From assembly GCA_963772835.1 (NCBI GenBank), contig CAVYYZ010000001.1, forward strand, positions 160,001 through 224,000: 64,000 nucleotides of DNA, in the 5' to 3' direction. Every line of letters begins with the position of its first letter. Position 1 is the first letter of the stretch. A model generated the notes under the pieces. The model did not search any database and had not been told where the DNA came from. It saw only the letters and a program-made list of their open reading frames with translations. Positions 9,463 to 18,607 of the stretch are shown in pieces. The position numbers were made by a program, and so were the translations under genes. The DNA comes from an uncultured delta proteobacterium (GTDB lineage: Bacteria; Desulfobacterota; Desulfuromonadia; Geobacterales; Pseudopelobacteraceae).

Positions 9463-10344
9463 ATGTCAACAATTGCATCTCTTGACCTTTCACACTATAT
9501 CGGCACCAATATCGGTACTGTTACCCTGGTCAAAGTACTTGGCCAGGGGTCTATGGGTGCGGTGTTTGTCGGATATCAGTCCACTCTCAAGCGTCAGGTT
9601 GCCGTTAAAATCCTCCCCAAAATAATCGCGAGCAGCGCACGAGCCCAGCAGATGTTTCGCGACGAAGCGGAAACGGTTGGAATACTTACCCACCCGAATA
9701 TTGTACCTGTGTTCGAGATGGGTGAGACCGGCGATTTCTTTTTTCAAGTCATGCAGCTTGTTGTTGGTCAGGACCTGAGATCAATCATCGTCAGGGCGCG
9801 CAAACACCCGGTTCCGACAAAGCGGATTCTCCCGTTACAGGAAACGATCCGGTATGTCTGCCAGGTGCTCGATGCCCTCGGCTATGCTCATGAGGAAGGT
9901 ATCTTTCATCAAGACATCAAACCGGCAAATATTCTTATAGATGACAGATTTAAACGTCCCCTTGTGGCAGATTTCGGCATAGCCCGGACTGTCTGGGCTG
10001 AATACAGCTCGTTGAATATGGTGGTCGGGACACCGCTGTACATGTCACCCGAACAGGCATCTCTTGCATCAGTTGATGGCCGGACTGATATCTACTCCGT
10101 TGGCGTTATTCTCATGGAAATGGCGGCAGGTTTATTGCCGATTCAAAAGGAACCGCTTGCGGATATGATCAAACGCAAGCGCAGCGAGCCGGGCACGTTT
10201 TTTACCTCCCGGCCATCTGAAATCAATCCTTCAATAGACTGCGACCTCGAGGCGATAATTATGAAGGCAATTGAGGCGCATCCCGATAATCGTTATGCCG
10301 ATTGTCTGGAATTTAAAACAGCCCTTGAAGCCTACGTTCGTTAA
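9463..10344 (+). CDS. Hanks-type Ser/Thr protein kinase, kinase domain only
   Basis: LGQGSMGAV, VAVK, HPNIV, HQDIKPANIL, DFG, GTPLYMSPEQ and DIYSVG. No transmembrane or sensor extension. Confidence 0.95.
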   Translation: MSTIASLDLSHYIGTNIGTVTLVKVLGQGSMGAVFVGYQSTLKRQVAVKILPKIIASSARAQQMFRDEAETVGILTHPNIVPVFEMGETGDFFFQVMQLVVGQDLRSIIVRARKHPVPTKRILPLQETIRYVCQVLDALGYAHEEGIFHQDIKPANILIDDRFKRPLVADFGIARTVWAEYSSLNMVVGTPLYMSPEQASLASVDGRTDIYSVGVILMEMAAGLLPIQKEPLADMIKRKRSEPGTFFTSRPSEINPSIDCDLEAIIMKAIEAHPDNRYADCLEFKTALEAYVR

Positions 10345-10399
10345 GGTGTATTGAACCAGCCTGGTTGTTGTTAAATTTAATACTGGGACGTGACCTGAT

Positions 10400-12568
10400 A
10401 TGGCGGGAACTGCCATCGATATAAAACAGGCGTTACAGATTGCCAGGGCATTTAACCTGTCATTCAATAATGCATTTATGTACGGGGGAAGTCACCAGAC
10501 TACCAAAGACAGTGCTGCAACTTTTTTTACTGTTTTGCAGCCGATCCTGGAATGTGCGGGCAATATCACGTTAAGTGTAGACAGGGGATCTGTTTTTTTT
10601 GAAAATCATTGTGTCGACAAGTTGGTGAGCGTTCAGCGTATCAACAGCCGGTTCATTAAAGCTGGAATCCAGTCCGTCAGTTTTGACAGGGATGCCTCCC
10701 AGGGAAGTGTTCAGACACTGTTTTATGTAATGGGGTCGCTGTCTGATTTCACGAACGTAGATGCAATACAGGCGTACCTTGCTCATGAACGTATTTCGGG
10801 AGTCAAAATCAACTATGTTGTTTACCAGAAAGTCACTATTGACGATACTATCGTTAATAAAAACACCCTTTCGGAAGCTCAGTCACTGCTGAGTAGTCTG
10901 CACATACCCGGGACAGGCGCTTATGAACAGGCTGATCCGGGTAGTATTACCAGGGAATTTTCGGAAATGCTGTCTCTGCGAAATTCCGCACTTGAAAATG
11001 AAGTGTCTGGAGCGGGAGACGCTGAATTTTCCGGATTATCTCAAGCTGAACATGACAAATTTCTGTCAACTCAAATTAAATCCATTAACAATCAACTCAA
11101 TTCAACTGAAGTAACTGAAGATGGTGTCATTCTCTCATCTGCAGAGATGCTTGAATCAATTTACAAGCTTAAAGAAAATGTCCTGGAGAATATCAGGCTT
11201 CAAAAAGCAACAGGAAAACTTGCAGCCACTGATGAACTGGCAATAACCGAAATAAATACGATCAGTTACCAGGTTATTGTGCGACTGATCAAAGAGGAAT
11301 ACCGGGCCGACAAAAAAATTTCCGTTAAGAGACTGGCCCAGATTATCCGGCGAATGCTGCCTGATATCAAGGAGCTCAAGTATCTGCTGCCACAGCTTAA
11401 AGATGGTCTTTTTGCCGAAGGGATGTCGCCTGCCGACTATTTGTCGCTTGTGAAGGAGCTCAGTAAAGAGCTTGACAGCGATGAATTGATGCAGATTATG
11501 GTTGAGGCCTCTGATCAGATCGGGCTTACCCTGAATGAGTTGATTGAGGGGATCAAGGAAGCACCGGAGGAAGCGGCCAGGCTTATCGTGCTGGCTGCGG
11601 AAATTAAAAAGGGCGGCGTTGCGGCTGATGATCAGCAAATGTCAGCAGTTTTGAGTGATTATATCGAAAAGGTGAGTCGGGCCCTGGCGCTGCAGTCACC
11701 CGAAGCTGCTGTTCCCGGCGGCGGGAAGATGCTTACAGCCGCCGTCACACGAATTGAGAGGGAAATTCTTGATCGCTTGAAATTACAGGATGTCGGAGTG
11801 AATACGGTCTCTGACGTTGCGCAAAAGCTTGCAAACCAGTTCACTGAAACTGTTTCTGTTTTGAAAGAGGACTGGTTCAGAACGAACATCAACAGTTCGA
11901 AAAATCCGAATGAAGAGACAGTGCTTTCGATAGTTGAGCAGATTGCCGGGCATGGGCTGGGGGAGGGCGGTGTTACAGAGGCGATCAGGTCTATTCTTGT
12001 TTCTAATGGGTACTCTGTCGAGAAGATAGACACCATTGTCAAAAAAGCCCAGCTGCGTGCCACATCAGCTATTACTCATTCGATGGAATTCCCTCCGGGC
12101 GTATTTAATGCGGGTAACACGATCTATTTTCTCGATCGTGAAATCAAGTTGAATTTGCGTTATAACACCCCCTTTTCAACTATTCTTATATCGTATGAGA
12201 AGATTATTGATCTGCGGACTTCTACCATTATGGAAGTGACTCCAGACATAACTATTCAGCTCACCAACCAGGCTCTTAAATTGTTAAAAGATATTCAGAA
12301 GAGAGATGTAGATGTCATCGGCGTTATTACGGTAAATAATGTAAGTATTCCATTTATGATATTGCCAATGACCGAAATAACCGGAGCACTGTATATAAAA
12401 AAGAGGTTTGAAACAGACTTCCCGCACCATGAATTTCTTGTTAACGGCATTACTGTTCATGTTGAGCCGAAAGTAACTGTGTACGGCTATAATAAAAAGC
12501 TGACGGCTGACAAATATTCCTATTTGAAAGCGCTGTATCAGCTCCATTGTCAACCGAAGCTACACTAG
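10400..12568 (+). CDS. Large hypothetical protein with a C-terminal degenerate GGDEF-like domain
   Basis: 722-aa ORF. The C-terminal GVFN..FLDREIK..RYNTPFSTILI..RDVDVIG..FMILPMT..GA pattern follows the GGDEF scaffold but lacks the GG(D/E)EF signature. The middle region looks helical. Confidence 0.7.
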   Translation: MAGTAIDIKQALQIARAFNLSFNNAFMYGGSHQTTKDSAATFFTVLQPILECAGNITLSVDRGSVFFENHCVDKLVSVQRINSRFIKAGIQSVSFDRDASQGSVQTLFYVMGSLSDFTNVDAIQAYLAHERISGVKINYVVYQKVTIDDTIVNKNTLSEAQSLLSSLHIPGTGAYEQADPGSITREFSEMLSLRNSALENEVSGAGDAEFSGLSQAEHDKFLSTQIKSINNQLNSTEVTEDGVILSSAEMLESIYKLKENVLENIRLQKATGKLAATDELAITEINTISYQVIVRLIKEEYRADKKISVKRLAQIIRRMLPDIKELKYLLPQLKDGLFAEGMSPADYLSLVKELSKELDSDELMQIMVEASDQIGLTLNELIEGIKEAPEEAARLIVLAAEIKKGGVAADDQQMSAVLSDYIEKVSRALALQSPEAAVPGGGKMLTAAVTRIEREILDRLKLQDVGVNTVSDVAQKLANQFTETVSVLKEDWFRTNINSSKNPNEETVLSIVEQIAGHGLGEGGVTEAIRSILVSNGYSVEKIDTIVKKAQLRATSAITHSMEFPPGVFNAGNTIYFLDREIKLNLRYNTPFSTILISYEKIIDLRTSTIMEVTPDITIQLTNQALKLLKDIQKRDVDVIGVITVNNVSIPFMILPMTEITGALYIKKRFETDFPHHEFLVNGITVHVEPKVTVYGYNKKLTADKYSYLKALYQLHCQPKLH

Positions 12569-12575
12569 TACTACC

Positions 12576-13364
12576 ATGCTATCAGCCCACGCTACCCACC
12601 CCGGTCTTGTCCGGCAAAATAACGAAGATTGTATCTACACTGATGACAGCCTGGGTGTCTACGTGCTTGCCGACGGCATTGGCGGACATTATGCCGGCGA
12701 AGTGGCAAGCGCCCTTGCCGTTGAAACCGTCTATGCGGTATTGCGGTCAAATATAGGACATACGGCGGTTGATGGTTATTTTGAGCTTATGGTACATGCG
12801 ATACATGCCGCTCACTGGGAGATAATTACCAAAGTGCTGCCAAGCTCGCCGCTTAAGAGGATGGGAACAACTCTGGTCGTTGCCGTTCTACAGGAGAATA
12901 CGGCGTATATCGTTCATGCCGGAGATAGTCGGTGTTATTTGTTTCAGAACGGACCCGGTTCCGGCTCTGACCCTTCCGCTCTTCCTCAGAGGGATCTTGA
13001 AGGGGAGGGGAATACATTCAAACAATTAACCCGCGATCACACCGTCGGCGATCAGTTGCTGGCAAGCGGGATTTCCATCGAACAGATCCCGAAGAAACAA
13101 TTTCATACCCTCACCCAGTCAGTCGGGTGCGGAAATCCCCCCTCCCTCGATTTCAACACTGCTGAACTCAAACAGGGCGATGTGCTCCTCATCTGTTCCG
13201 ATGGCCTGACCGATATGCTGTCTGACGGTGAAATCGAAGCAATTCTTGCACATGGTGACGCCAGCCTGGATACACGTGCCGCAGATCTTATTGATGCCGC
13301 CAATGCAAACGGCGGCAGGGATAATATCTCCGTGATACTGGTGTCATCACCCTCTTCGGCATAA
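12576..13364 (+). CDS. PP2C/PPM-family Ser/Thr protein phosphatase (Stp1-like)
   Basis: GLVRQNNED, ADGIGGH, MGTTL, HAGDSR, LTRDH, CSDGL and GGRDN. Confidence 0.95.
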   Translation: MLSAHATHPGLVRQNNEDCIYTDDSLGVYVLADGIGGHYAGEVASALAVETVYAVLRSNIGHTAVDGYFELMVHAIHAAHWEIITKVLPSSPLKRMGTTLVVAVLQENTAYIVHAGDSRCYLFQNGPGSGSDPSALPQRDLEGEGNTFKQLTRDHTVGDQLLASGISIEQIPKKQFHTLTQSVGCGNPPSLDFNTAELKQGDVLLICSDGLTDMLSDGEIEAILAHGDASLDTRAADLIDAANANGGRDNISVILVSSPSSA

Positions 13365-13489
13365 CCGGGAGGCGGGGAAATCTTCCACTGCCGGTCTGTC
13401 TTGCACTCCTTAATGTCGGTGTGTTCCTGTCATTACGCTATTTTGGGTGATAGGTGAATCGAAGTAAGCCTGGAAAAAAGTTTTCTGAC

Positions 13490-13517
13490 TTGACAATCAT
13501 CAGTCATTTATTATAGT
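13490..13517 (+). promoter_or_regulatory. Sigma70-like promoter upstream of tRNA-Gly
   Basis: TTGACA (13490-13495), 16 nt, TATAGT (13512-13517). Confidence 0.6.
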
Positions 13518-13615
13518 GTCCCTCCTGTGTCCGGATTTGTCCGTGCCGGTGAGCAATTTTAAACAGGTCTGATTACGCTGCAACAGGTAATCAGGCTTGT
13601 TTTTTTCAAGTAAAC

Positions 13616-13690
13616 GCGGGAATAACTCAGTGGTAGAGTGCAACCTTCCCAAGGTTGAGGTCGCGAGTTCGAATCTCGTTTCCCGCTCCA
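13616..13690 (+). tRNA. tRNA-Gly(CCC)
   Basis: Acceptor stem GCGGGAA/TTCCCGC, anticodon arm CAACC-TTCCCAA-GGTTG, TTCGAAT T-loop and an encoded CCA. Confidence 0.97.
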
Positions 13691-13698
13691 GATAAATT

Positions 13699-13733
13699 AA
13701 GGACTTAGGCTTATTGCTTGAGTCCTTTTTCTT
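13699..13733 (+). terminator. Intrinsic terminator after tRNA-Gly
   Basis: Stem AAGGACTTAGGC / GCTTGAGTCCTT followed by T residues. Confidence 0.65.
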
Positions 13734-14152
13734 TGAGCGCAACCACTAAAATATTCAACGTACTTACTATTTTGTGTGCGTATACCTTTTGTTTTCCTCA
13801 TATATGGTGACTGTGCTAAATGTGGTGGATATTTCTAACGACTTTCTCCATTCTCGTATCTTTCCTACAACTTTCACCTTTATAATCGGGTAGTTGCACT
13901 CTCAATGTCGTGATGTCCATCTGCCAAGTTACTTGACGAGGCCTTCTTTAGTTGATTTTAGGCGCTGTCAACGAACCTGCATCGAAATCGGAACAACGAC
14001 CGCTATAAAACAGTTTAAAATCAGAATGATATCTAAATTAATTGTTTTGGGCTTATTTATGTTGGCTATAATATACAATGTCACTATTCTGGAGAATAAT
14101 CCAAATTGGATTTCCGGTCTAACCATGACTTTTCAATAGGGGTGTACCATTT

Positions 14153-16507
14153 ATGATAATTAATTTCGTTCCCGTTTTGGTGCTGACTTTATTCTTTGCC
14201 GGATGCGCCGCAAAAGCACTTCCACCAGTTGCGATGATGATTCCGACCAGAACCATTGATTACCAGAAAGAGGTTAAGCCGATCCTCGACAAACGTTGTA
14301 CCGTTTGCCATTCTTGCTACAATTCGCCCTGTCAGCTCAAGCTTGATTCGTATGAGGGAGTTGACCGTGGGGGCACAAAGAGAGCCATTTATAATTCCTC
14401 ACGACTCAGCTCCATGGACCCGACCCGTCTTTTTACCGATGCACAGTCAACAGCGGAGTGGCGGAAGAAGAAATTCTTCAGCGTAACCGACAGTACCGTT
14501 TCAAACGGACTGAACGACTCGATCATGATTCAGCTTCTATCCCATAAGATGAAAAACGCGAAGAGCGTAGGTGAGTACAAGTCTGAATCTGAAGATCTGA
14601 CCTGTTCTGAAAACGGCAAGGAGCTTGGCGGCTACCTGGAAAAACATCCGAACAACGGCATGCCCTTTGGTTTCCCCCCGCTCAAGCAGGATGAGTTCGA
14701 CATAGTCGCCGGATGGCTGATCCAGGGTGCCAAGGGGCCTGATGCCGCCCAACAGGCGGAGCTGATGGCGCAGAAACCGGGTGATGCGCTGGAAATCGGG
14801 AAGTGGGAAGCTTTTTTGAACCAGGACGATCCCAAGCATGCCATGACGGCACGATATCTCTACGAACATTTGTTTCTGGCGCATCTGAAGTTCGGCACCC
14901 CGACCAATGAATTCTACGAACTGGTTCGCTCGAAAACGGCTCCCGGTCTGCCCCTTGACCTGATTGCCACCGTTCGTCCCTATGACGATCCCAAAGTCAA
15001 GAGAGTCTACTATCGTTTCCGGAAAATATACTCCACCATCGTCATCAAGACCCATATGGTTTTCAATCTTGACGACGCCCAACTGAAGCGATTCAACGAC
15101 CTGTTCATTCAGCCGGAGTGGCTGCAGCCACCGCATCTGATGAGCTATGCTACTAAGGTGAGTGCCAACCCTTTTGTCACATTCGAGCAGATCCCGCCGC
15201 GCTCCCGCTATCAATTTCTGCTTGATAATTCCCTCTATACCATTATGACCTTCATCCATGGTCCGGTCTGCAAAGGCCAGATCGCCCTCAATGTCATCGA
15301 TGATCATTTCTGGGTCATGTTCATGGACCCGGGACATGATCTGAGCGCGACCAATCCAGGCTTTCTGAAGCTGTACAGCGACAAATTGCGGATGCCCATC
15401 GAGGGGGGGAGCAACCTGGGTATCTTTTCACTGCTCACCGATGAGCATCGTGCGTCGGCAGTGGAGTTCTACAGGGCCAGGCAGGATCTCTACTCTTCAT
15501 TCAACTATGCCGGTCTCGGCTATGAGTCCATTTGGAAGGGGAACCGTGCCGAAGATGCCCCGATGCTGACCGTCTATCGCCATTTTGACAGTGCTTCGGT
15601 GCATAGGGGGGCTCTGGGTGATCTGCCGAAAACAGTGTGGGTCATTGACTATCCTCTGCTGGAACGGATTTATTATGCTCTTGTTGCCGGTTTTGATGTC
15701 TATGGCACGACCGCTCATCAGTTGGCCTCGCGGTTCTACATGGATGAACTGCGCGTTGAAGCGGAGAGCTACTTCCTTGATTTTCTTCCACCGGAGAATC
15801 GGCATGAGATTATGCAATCGTGGTACAAGGGCGTCGATTATGAGAAGATCAATTATTCCCCTTCCGCTCTGCCTGCAAAAATACCCTTTACATCGAACGA
15901 CCCGAAGCGAGAGTTCGTCGAACATGTCGTGGACAGCCACCTGCTGCCGGCGACAGGCATCGGCTTTGACACGGTGAATTACCTGCGTGCAGGAGCCGAT
16001 TATCCGCGCCAGCCTGACATACTTGAATCCACCGACGACTATCTGCGGGCGATCCGCGCTGTTTCCAGAACCGGGGCGCCATTTTTTGCCCTGGTCAATG
16101 GCAGCAACTCCAATCTTGCCTATGTGAGGATTAGACGGTTGAAGGGTCGTGACGTCGCATTTTCCATGGTGATCAACCGGTGGCATGACAATGTCGCATT
16201 CCTGATTAAAGAGGATAAACACCTTGACCCGTCGAAGGACAGTGCCGACATCATTAATGGTCTCATCGGATCATATCCAAACTATTTCTTTGATATTCAG
16301 GAGAACGATTTCCCGGATTTTATTGATTTCCTTGCACATTTTGATACGAGTCAAAAGAATATGGCGCGGATGGCCACGTATGGCGTAAACCGGGCCGACA
16401 AACGATTATGGGAAACCTATGACTGGTTCCAAAAACGCCTTAATGAAGATGAACCTGTGCAGGGGGGGCTTTTTGATATGAACCGTTACTATTATATTGC
16501 CCGCTAG
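14153..16507 (+). CDS. cti: Fatty acid cis/trans isomerase (c-type heme lipoprotein)
   Basis: Lipobox FAGC, the heme motif CTVCH followed by SCYNSPCQLKL, and RYLYEHLFLAH, GPVCKGQIALNVI, RHFDSASV and SYPN in a 784-aa ORF. Confidence 0.88.
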   Translation: MIINFVPVLVLTLFFAGCAAKALPPVAMMIPTRTIDYQKEVKPILDKRCTVCHSCYNSPCQLKLDSYEGVDRGGTKRAIYNSSRLSSMDPTRLFTDAQSTAEWRKKKFFSVTDSTVSNGLNDSIMIQLLSHKMKNAKSVGEYKSESEDLTCSENGKELGGYLEKHPNNGMPFGFPPLKQDEFDIVAGWLIQGAKGPDAAQQAELMAQKPGDALEIGKWEAFLNQDDPKHAMTARYLYEHLFLAHLKFGTPTNEFYELVRSKTAPGLPLDLIATVRPYDDPKVKRVYYRFRKIYSTIVIKTHMVFNLDDAQLKRFNDLFIQPEWLQPPHLMSYATKVSANPFVTFEQIPPRSRYQFLLDNSLYTIMTFIHGPVCKGQIALNVIDDHFWVMFMDPGHDLSATNPGFLKLYSDKLRMPIEGGSNLGIFSLLTDEHRASAVEFYRARQDLYSSFNYAGLGYESIWKGNRAEDAPMLTVYRHFDSASVHRGALGDLPKTVWVIDYPLLERIYYALVAGFDVYGTTAHQLASRFYMDELRVEAESYFLDFLPPENRHEIMQSWYKGVDYEKINYSPSALPAKIPFTSNDPKREFVEHVVDSHLLPATGIGFDTVNYLRAGADYPRQPDILESTDDYLRAIRAVSRTGAPFFALVNGSNSNLAYVRIRRLKGRDVAFSMVINRWHDNVAFLIKEDKHLDPSKDSADIINGLIGSYPNYFFDIQENDFPDFIDFLAHFDTSQKNMARMATYGVNRADKRLWETYDWFQKRLNEDEPVQGGLFDMNRYYYIAR

Positions 16508-16667
16508 AAAGCGAGGAGTGAAATGGAAGTCGTCGGATTCACCGGGTTCCGCGATGACTCTGTGACGGGTCAACGACGGCCCCGTTGGTATTTAAGGATG
16601 CATGTCTGTATGAACGGCGCTAGAATGCTCCGGGATTGTCTTCAAGGGCCTGAATGGAGAACAGATC

Positions 16668-17181
16668 ATGTCTGATACGGAACTCTACTGGATTGCACAA
16701 GACCAGCGGGCGCGCCTTGATGAACTGACGAGCTGCGACCCGGCGTTGAAGGACACCGCACTCAGACGCGATGTCCGTTACTGCCTGCCCTGTAAAAGAT
16801 GCTGGCAGATTTCCCCTTCTTTAACGACCTGATACGCAACGTCGAACTGGCTCTGACCAAAGTGGACCTGCCTCTGGCAAGCCTCTATGCGGAGCTTGTC
16901 CCGGACGTGCAGCTGCGGGAGCGGGTTTTTGACATGGTTGTGGACGAGTTCCGGCGCACCCGGCGGTTTATCCTGGCAATCACCGGGCAGAAAAATTGCT
17001 GGAGAGGAATCCTTCACTGGCCCGCTCTATCAGGCTGCGCAATCCGTACGTCGATCCTTTGAGCATGATCCAGATTGAACTGCTCCGCCGGAGAAGGGGA
17101 GGAAAGGGTGATGCGGAGTTGGGCTTTGTCCTGGCGGCCACGATCAACGGGATTGCGTCGGGGTTGAGGAATACGGGGTGA
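16668..17181 (+). pseudogene. ppc: Phosphoenolpyruvate carboxylase remnant (large internal deletion plus frameshift)
   Basis: An ATG at 16668 with GGAG upstream reads MSDTELYW...KDTALRRDVR, like a PEPC N-terminus. It then jumps out of frame to FPFFNDLIRNVELALTKVD...ITGQ, and shifts again to SIRLRNPYVDPLS..Q...TINGIASGLRNTG*, the canonical PEPC C-terminus. Confidence 0.9.
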
Positions 17182-17447
17182 TTTCTCTGCTCAGGTAGGT
17201 GAAATATTTATGAGGCTTGAGGGGGCAGCAGGTCAAAATTAAAGAGCAGGGGTCCAATCAGGCAGAAACACCGGCTAATACTTCCGCTGTTCTCCAGAAT
17301 AGTTATGCCAGTTTTAGGCATTACGAAATTCCTGCAAGCTTGGACGTGATTGTAGCAATTGACTTGTAGATACGTACCAGACACAAATGAGCACCGGAGC
17401 TGCCAAGACGCACATCGGCATGCGCTGACAGTGGAGGAAGTATACAC

Positions 17448-18410
17448 ATGAGGAGCAGTGAACCTCACCGGTTGAGAAATACAGTTTTGGTTGTGATAAT
17501 CCTTCTTGGAATCGGGACTCTGGCATTCCTGTGCATGAATGAAAGCAGTTTACGCACGCTGAGTCTTGTGAGCGCCGGGGCCGGCTCTTACGGTGATGTC
17601 CGGCGCAGTGCGGAGTCGCCCTCCTCCTCGTTTTTACCTTCATGGCTTTTGCCTGGAAAGAAAGTGCCGATTTCTCAAGAACGTAACGCCACTGTATTGA
17701 AGAGCGTGTTTGAAGTATTCGACCCATCTCTGAGGTCATTTCTGGTATCAGTACCGATAGTTTTGGACAGCTCGGCGGATACCGCGAAGGCGTATCTTGA
17801 TAAAGGCTACATCGGAGTCAGTCCGGACTGGGACAATTCAGCGCAGCAATCAAAACACAGGGAGATTTATGAACAGAGGGGAATGAAACCGGGGGATCCC
17901 GTGTTTATGCATCGCTTCAAGACGGACCTGTTGATTCACGAATTCCTGCACCTCCTCCAGGTTCACCAGGGTCTTGATAGACATGTGTGTTATGAAGCGG
18001 TATCGCGGTGGTATCTGGACCCGCGGTACGGCATACCGTCTCCGAGCGGCACACTCTCTCCTGACAGGACGGGCGGCAGAAGACCTGCGACCCTATCGAT
18101 CAATAGAACAAAATACATCGTGTGGCATGAATTGTACAATTATCGAAGGTTAAACGATGTGCCCCGGGATGGGAGCTGGAAGAATATGCAGTATGGTGCG
18201 CGGTACCGGTCAGCGAAAAACGGCGTGGAGGAATTCGCCTACATCGGGCAGGAAATACTCTCCAGCGGAAGTAGTTCCGAGAGTTACATTGCCACAGGGA
18301 AATGGAGTGATAAGGACTGGAAAAGCAAGAAAATGAGGTTGCTGGAGCTCTCCCCGGAAGTTATTGCAGTTTTCAGGGGCGTGTTCAATCCTGAATTAAT
18401 GAAGCCGTAA
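17448..18410 (+). CDS. Membrane-anchored hypothetical protein, putative zinc metallopeptidase
   Basis: GGAGG RBS, an N-terminal hydrophobic helix, HEFLH (HExxH) and a downstream EEFA. Confidence 0.6.
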   Translation: MRSSEPHRLRNTVLVVIILLGIGTLAFLCMNESSLRTLSLVSAGAGSYGDVRRSAESPSSSFLPSWLLPGKKVPISQERNATVLKSVFEVFDPSLRSFLVSVPIVLDSSADTAKAYLDKGYIGVSPDWDNSAQQSKHREIYEQRGMKPGDPVFMHRFKTDLLIHEFLHLLQVHQGLDRHVCYEAVSRWYLDPRYGIPSPSGTLSPDRTGGRRPATLSINRTKYIVWHELYNYRRLNDVPRDGSWKNMQYGARYRSAKNGVEEFAYIGQEILSSGSSSESYIATGKWSDKDWKSKKMRLLELSPEVIAVFRGVFNPELMKP

Positions 18411-18607
18411 ATGCCGCACTGGCTGGTCGGGCAGTCTCTGTGACATGTCTCCGGGACCGGATTTTGCTTTCTAGATAATGTCATTGCTGCGATTTCAAAA
18501 ATATCTTACTATGCGGCTGATGCACAGCACATGAATCTGGCTTTTTTTGAAATGTTACTCATCGGAGAGGCTGACACCATAAACTCCAGAGAGCCGGAGA
18601 AGGTTAC

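Noticed and set aside
6943..13364. T6SS regulatory module or prophage/ICE
   Set aside because: No tss/vgrG/hcp genes, no integrase, and no att-like duplication of either tRNA end were found.
13500..14139. ORFs 13500..13742 (-) and 13894..14139 (+)
   Set aside because: The first is antisense to tRNA-Gly. The second is an AT-rich upstream region with no RBS or motif support.
16523..16675. Short ORF with a GAGGAG RBS between cti and the ppc remnant
   Set aside because: About 50 codons with no recognisable similarity, so I cannot support it as a gene.
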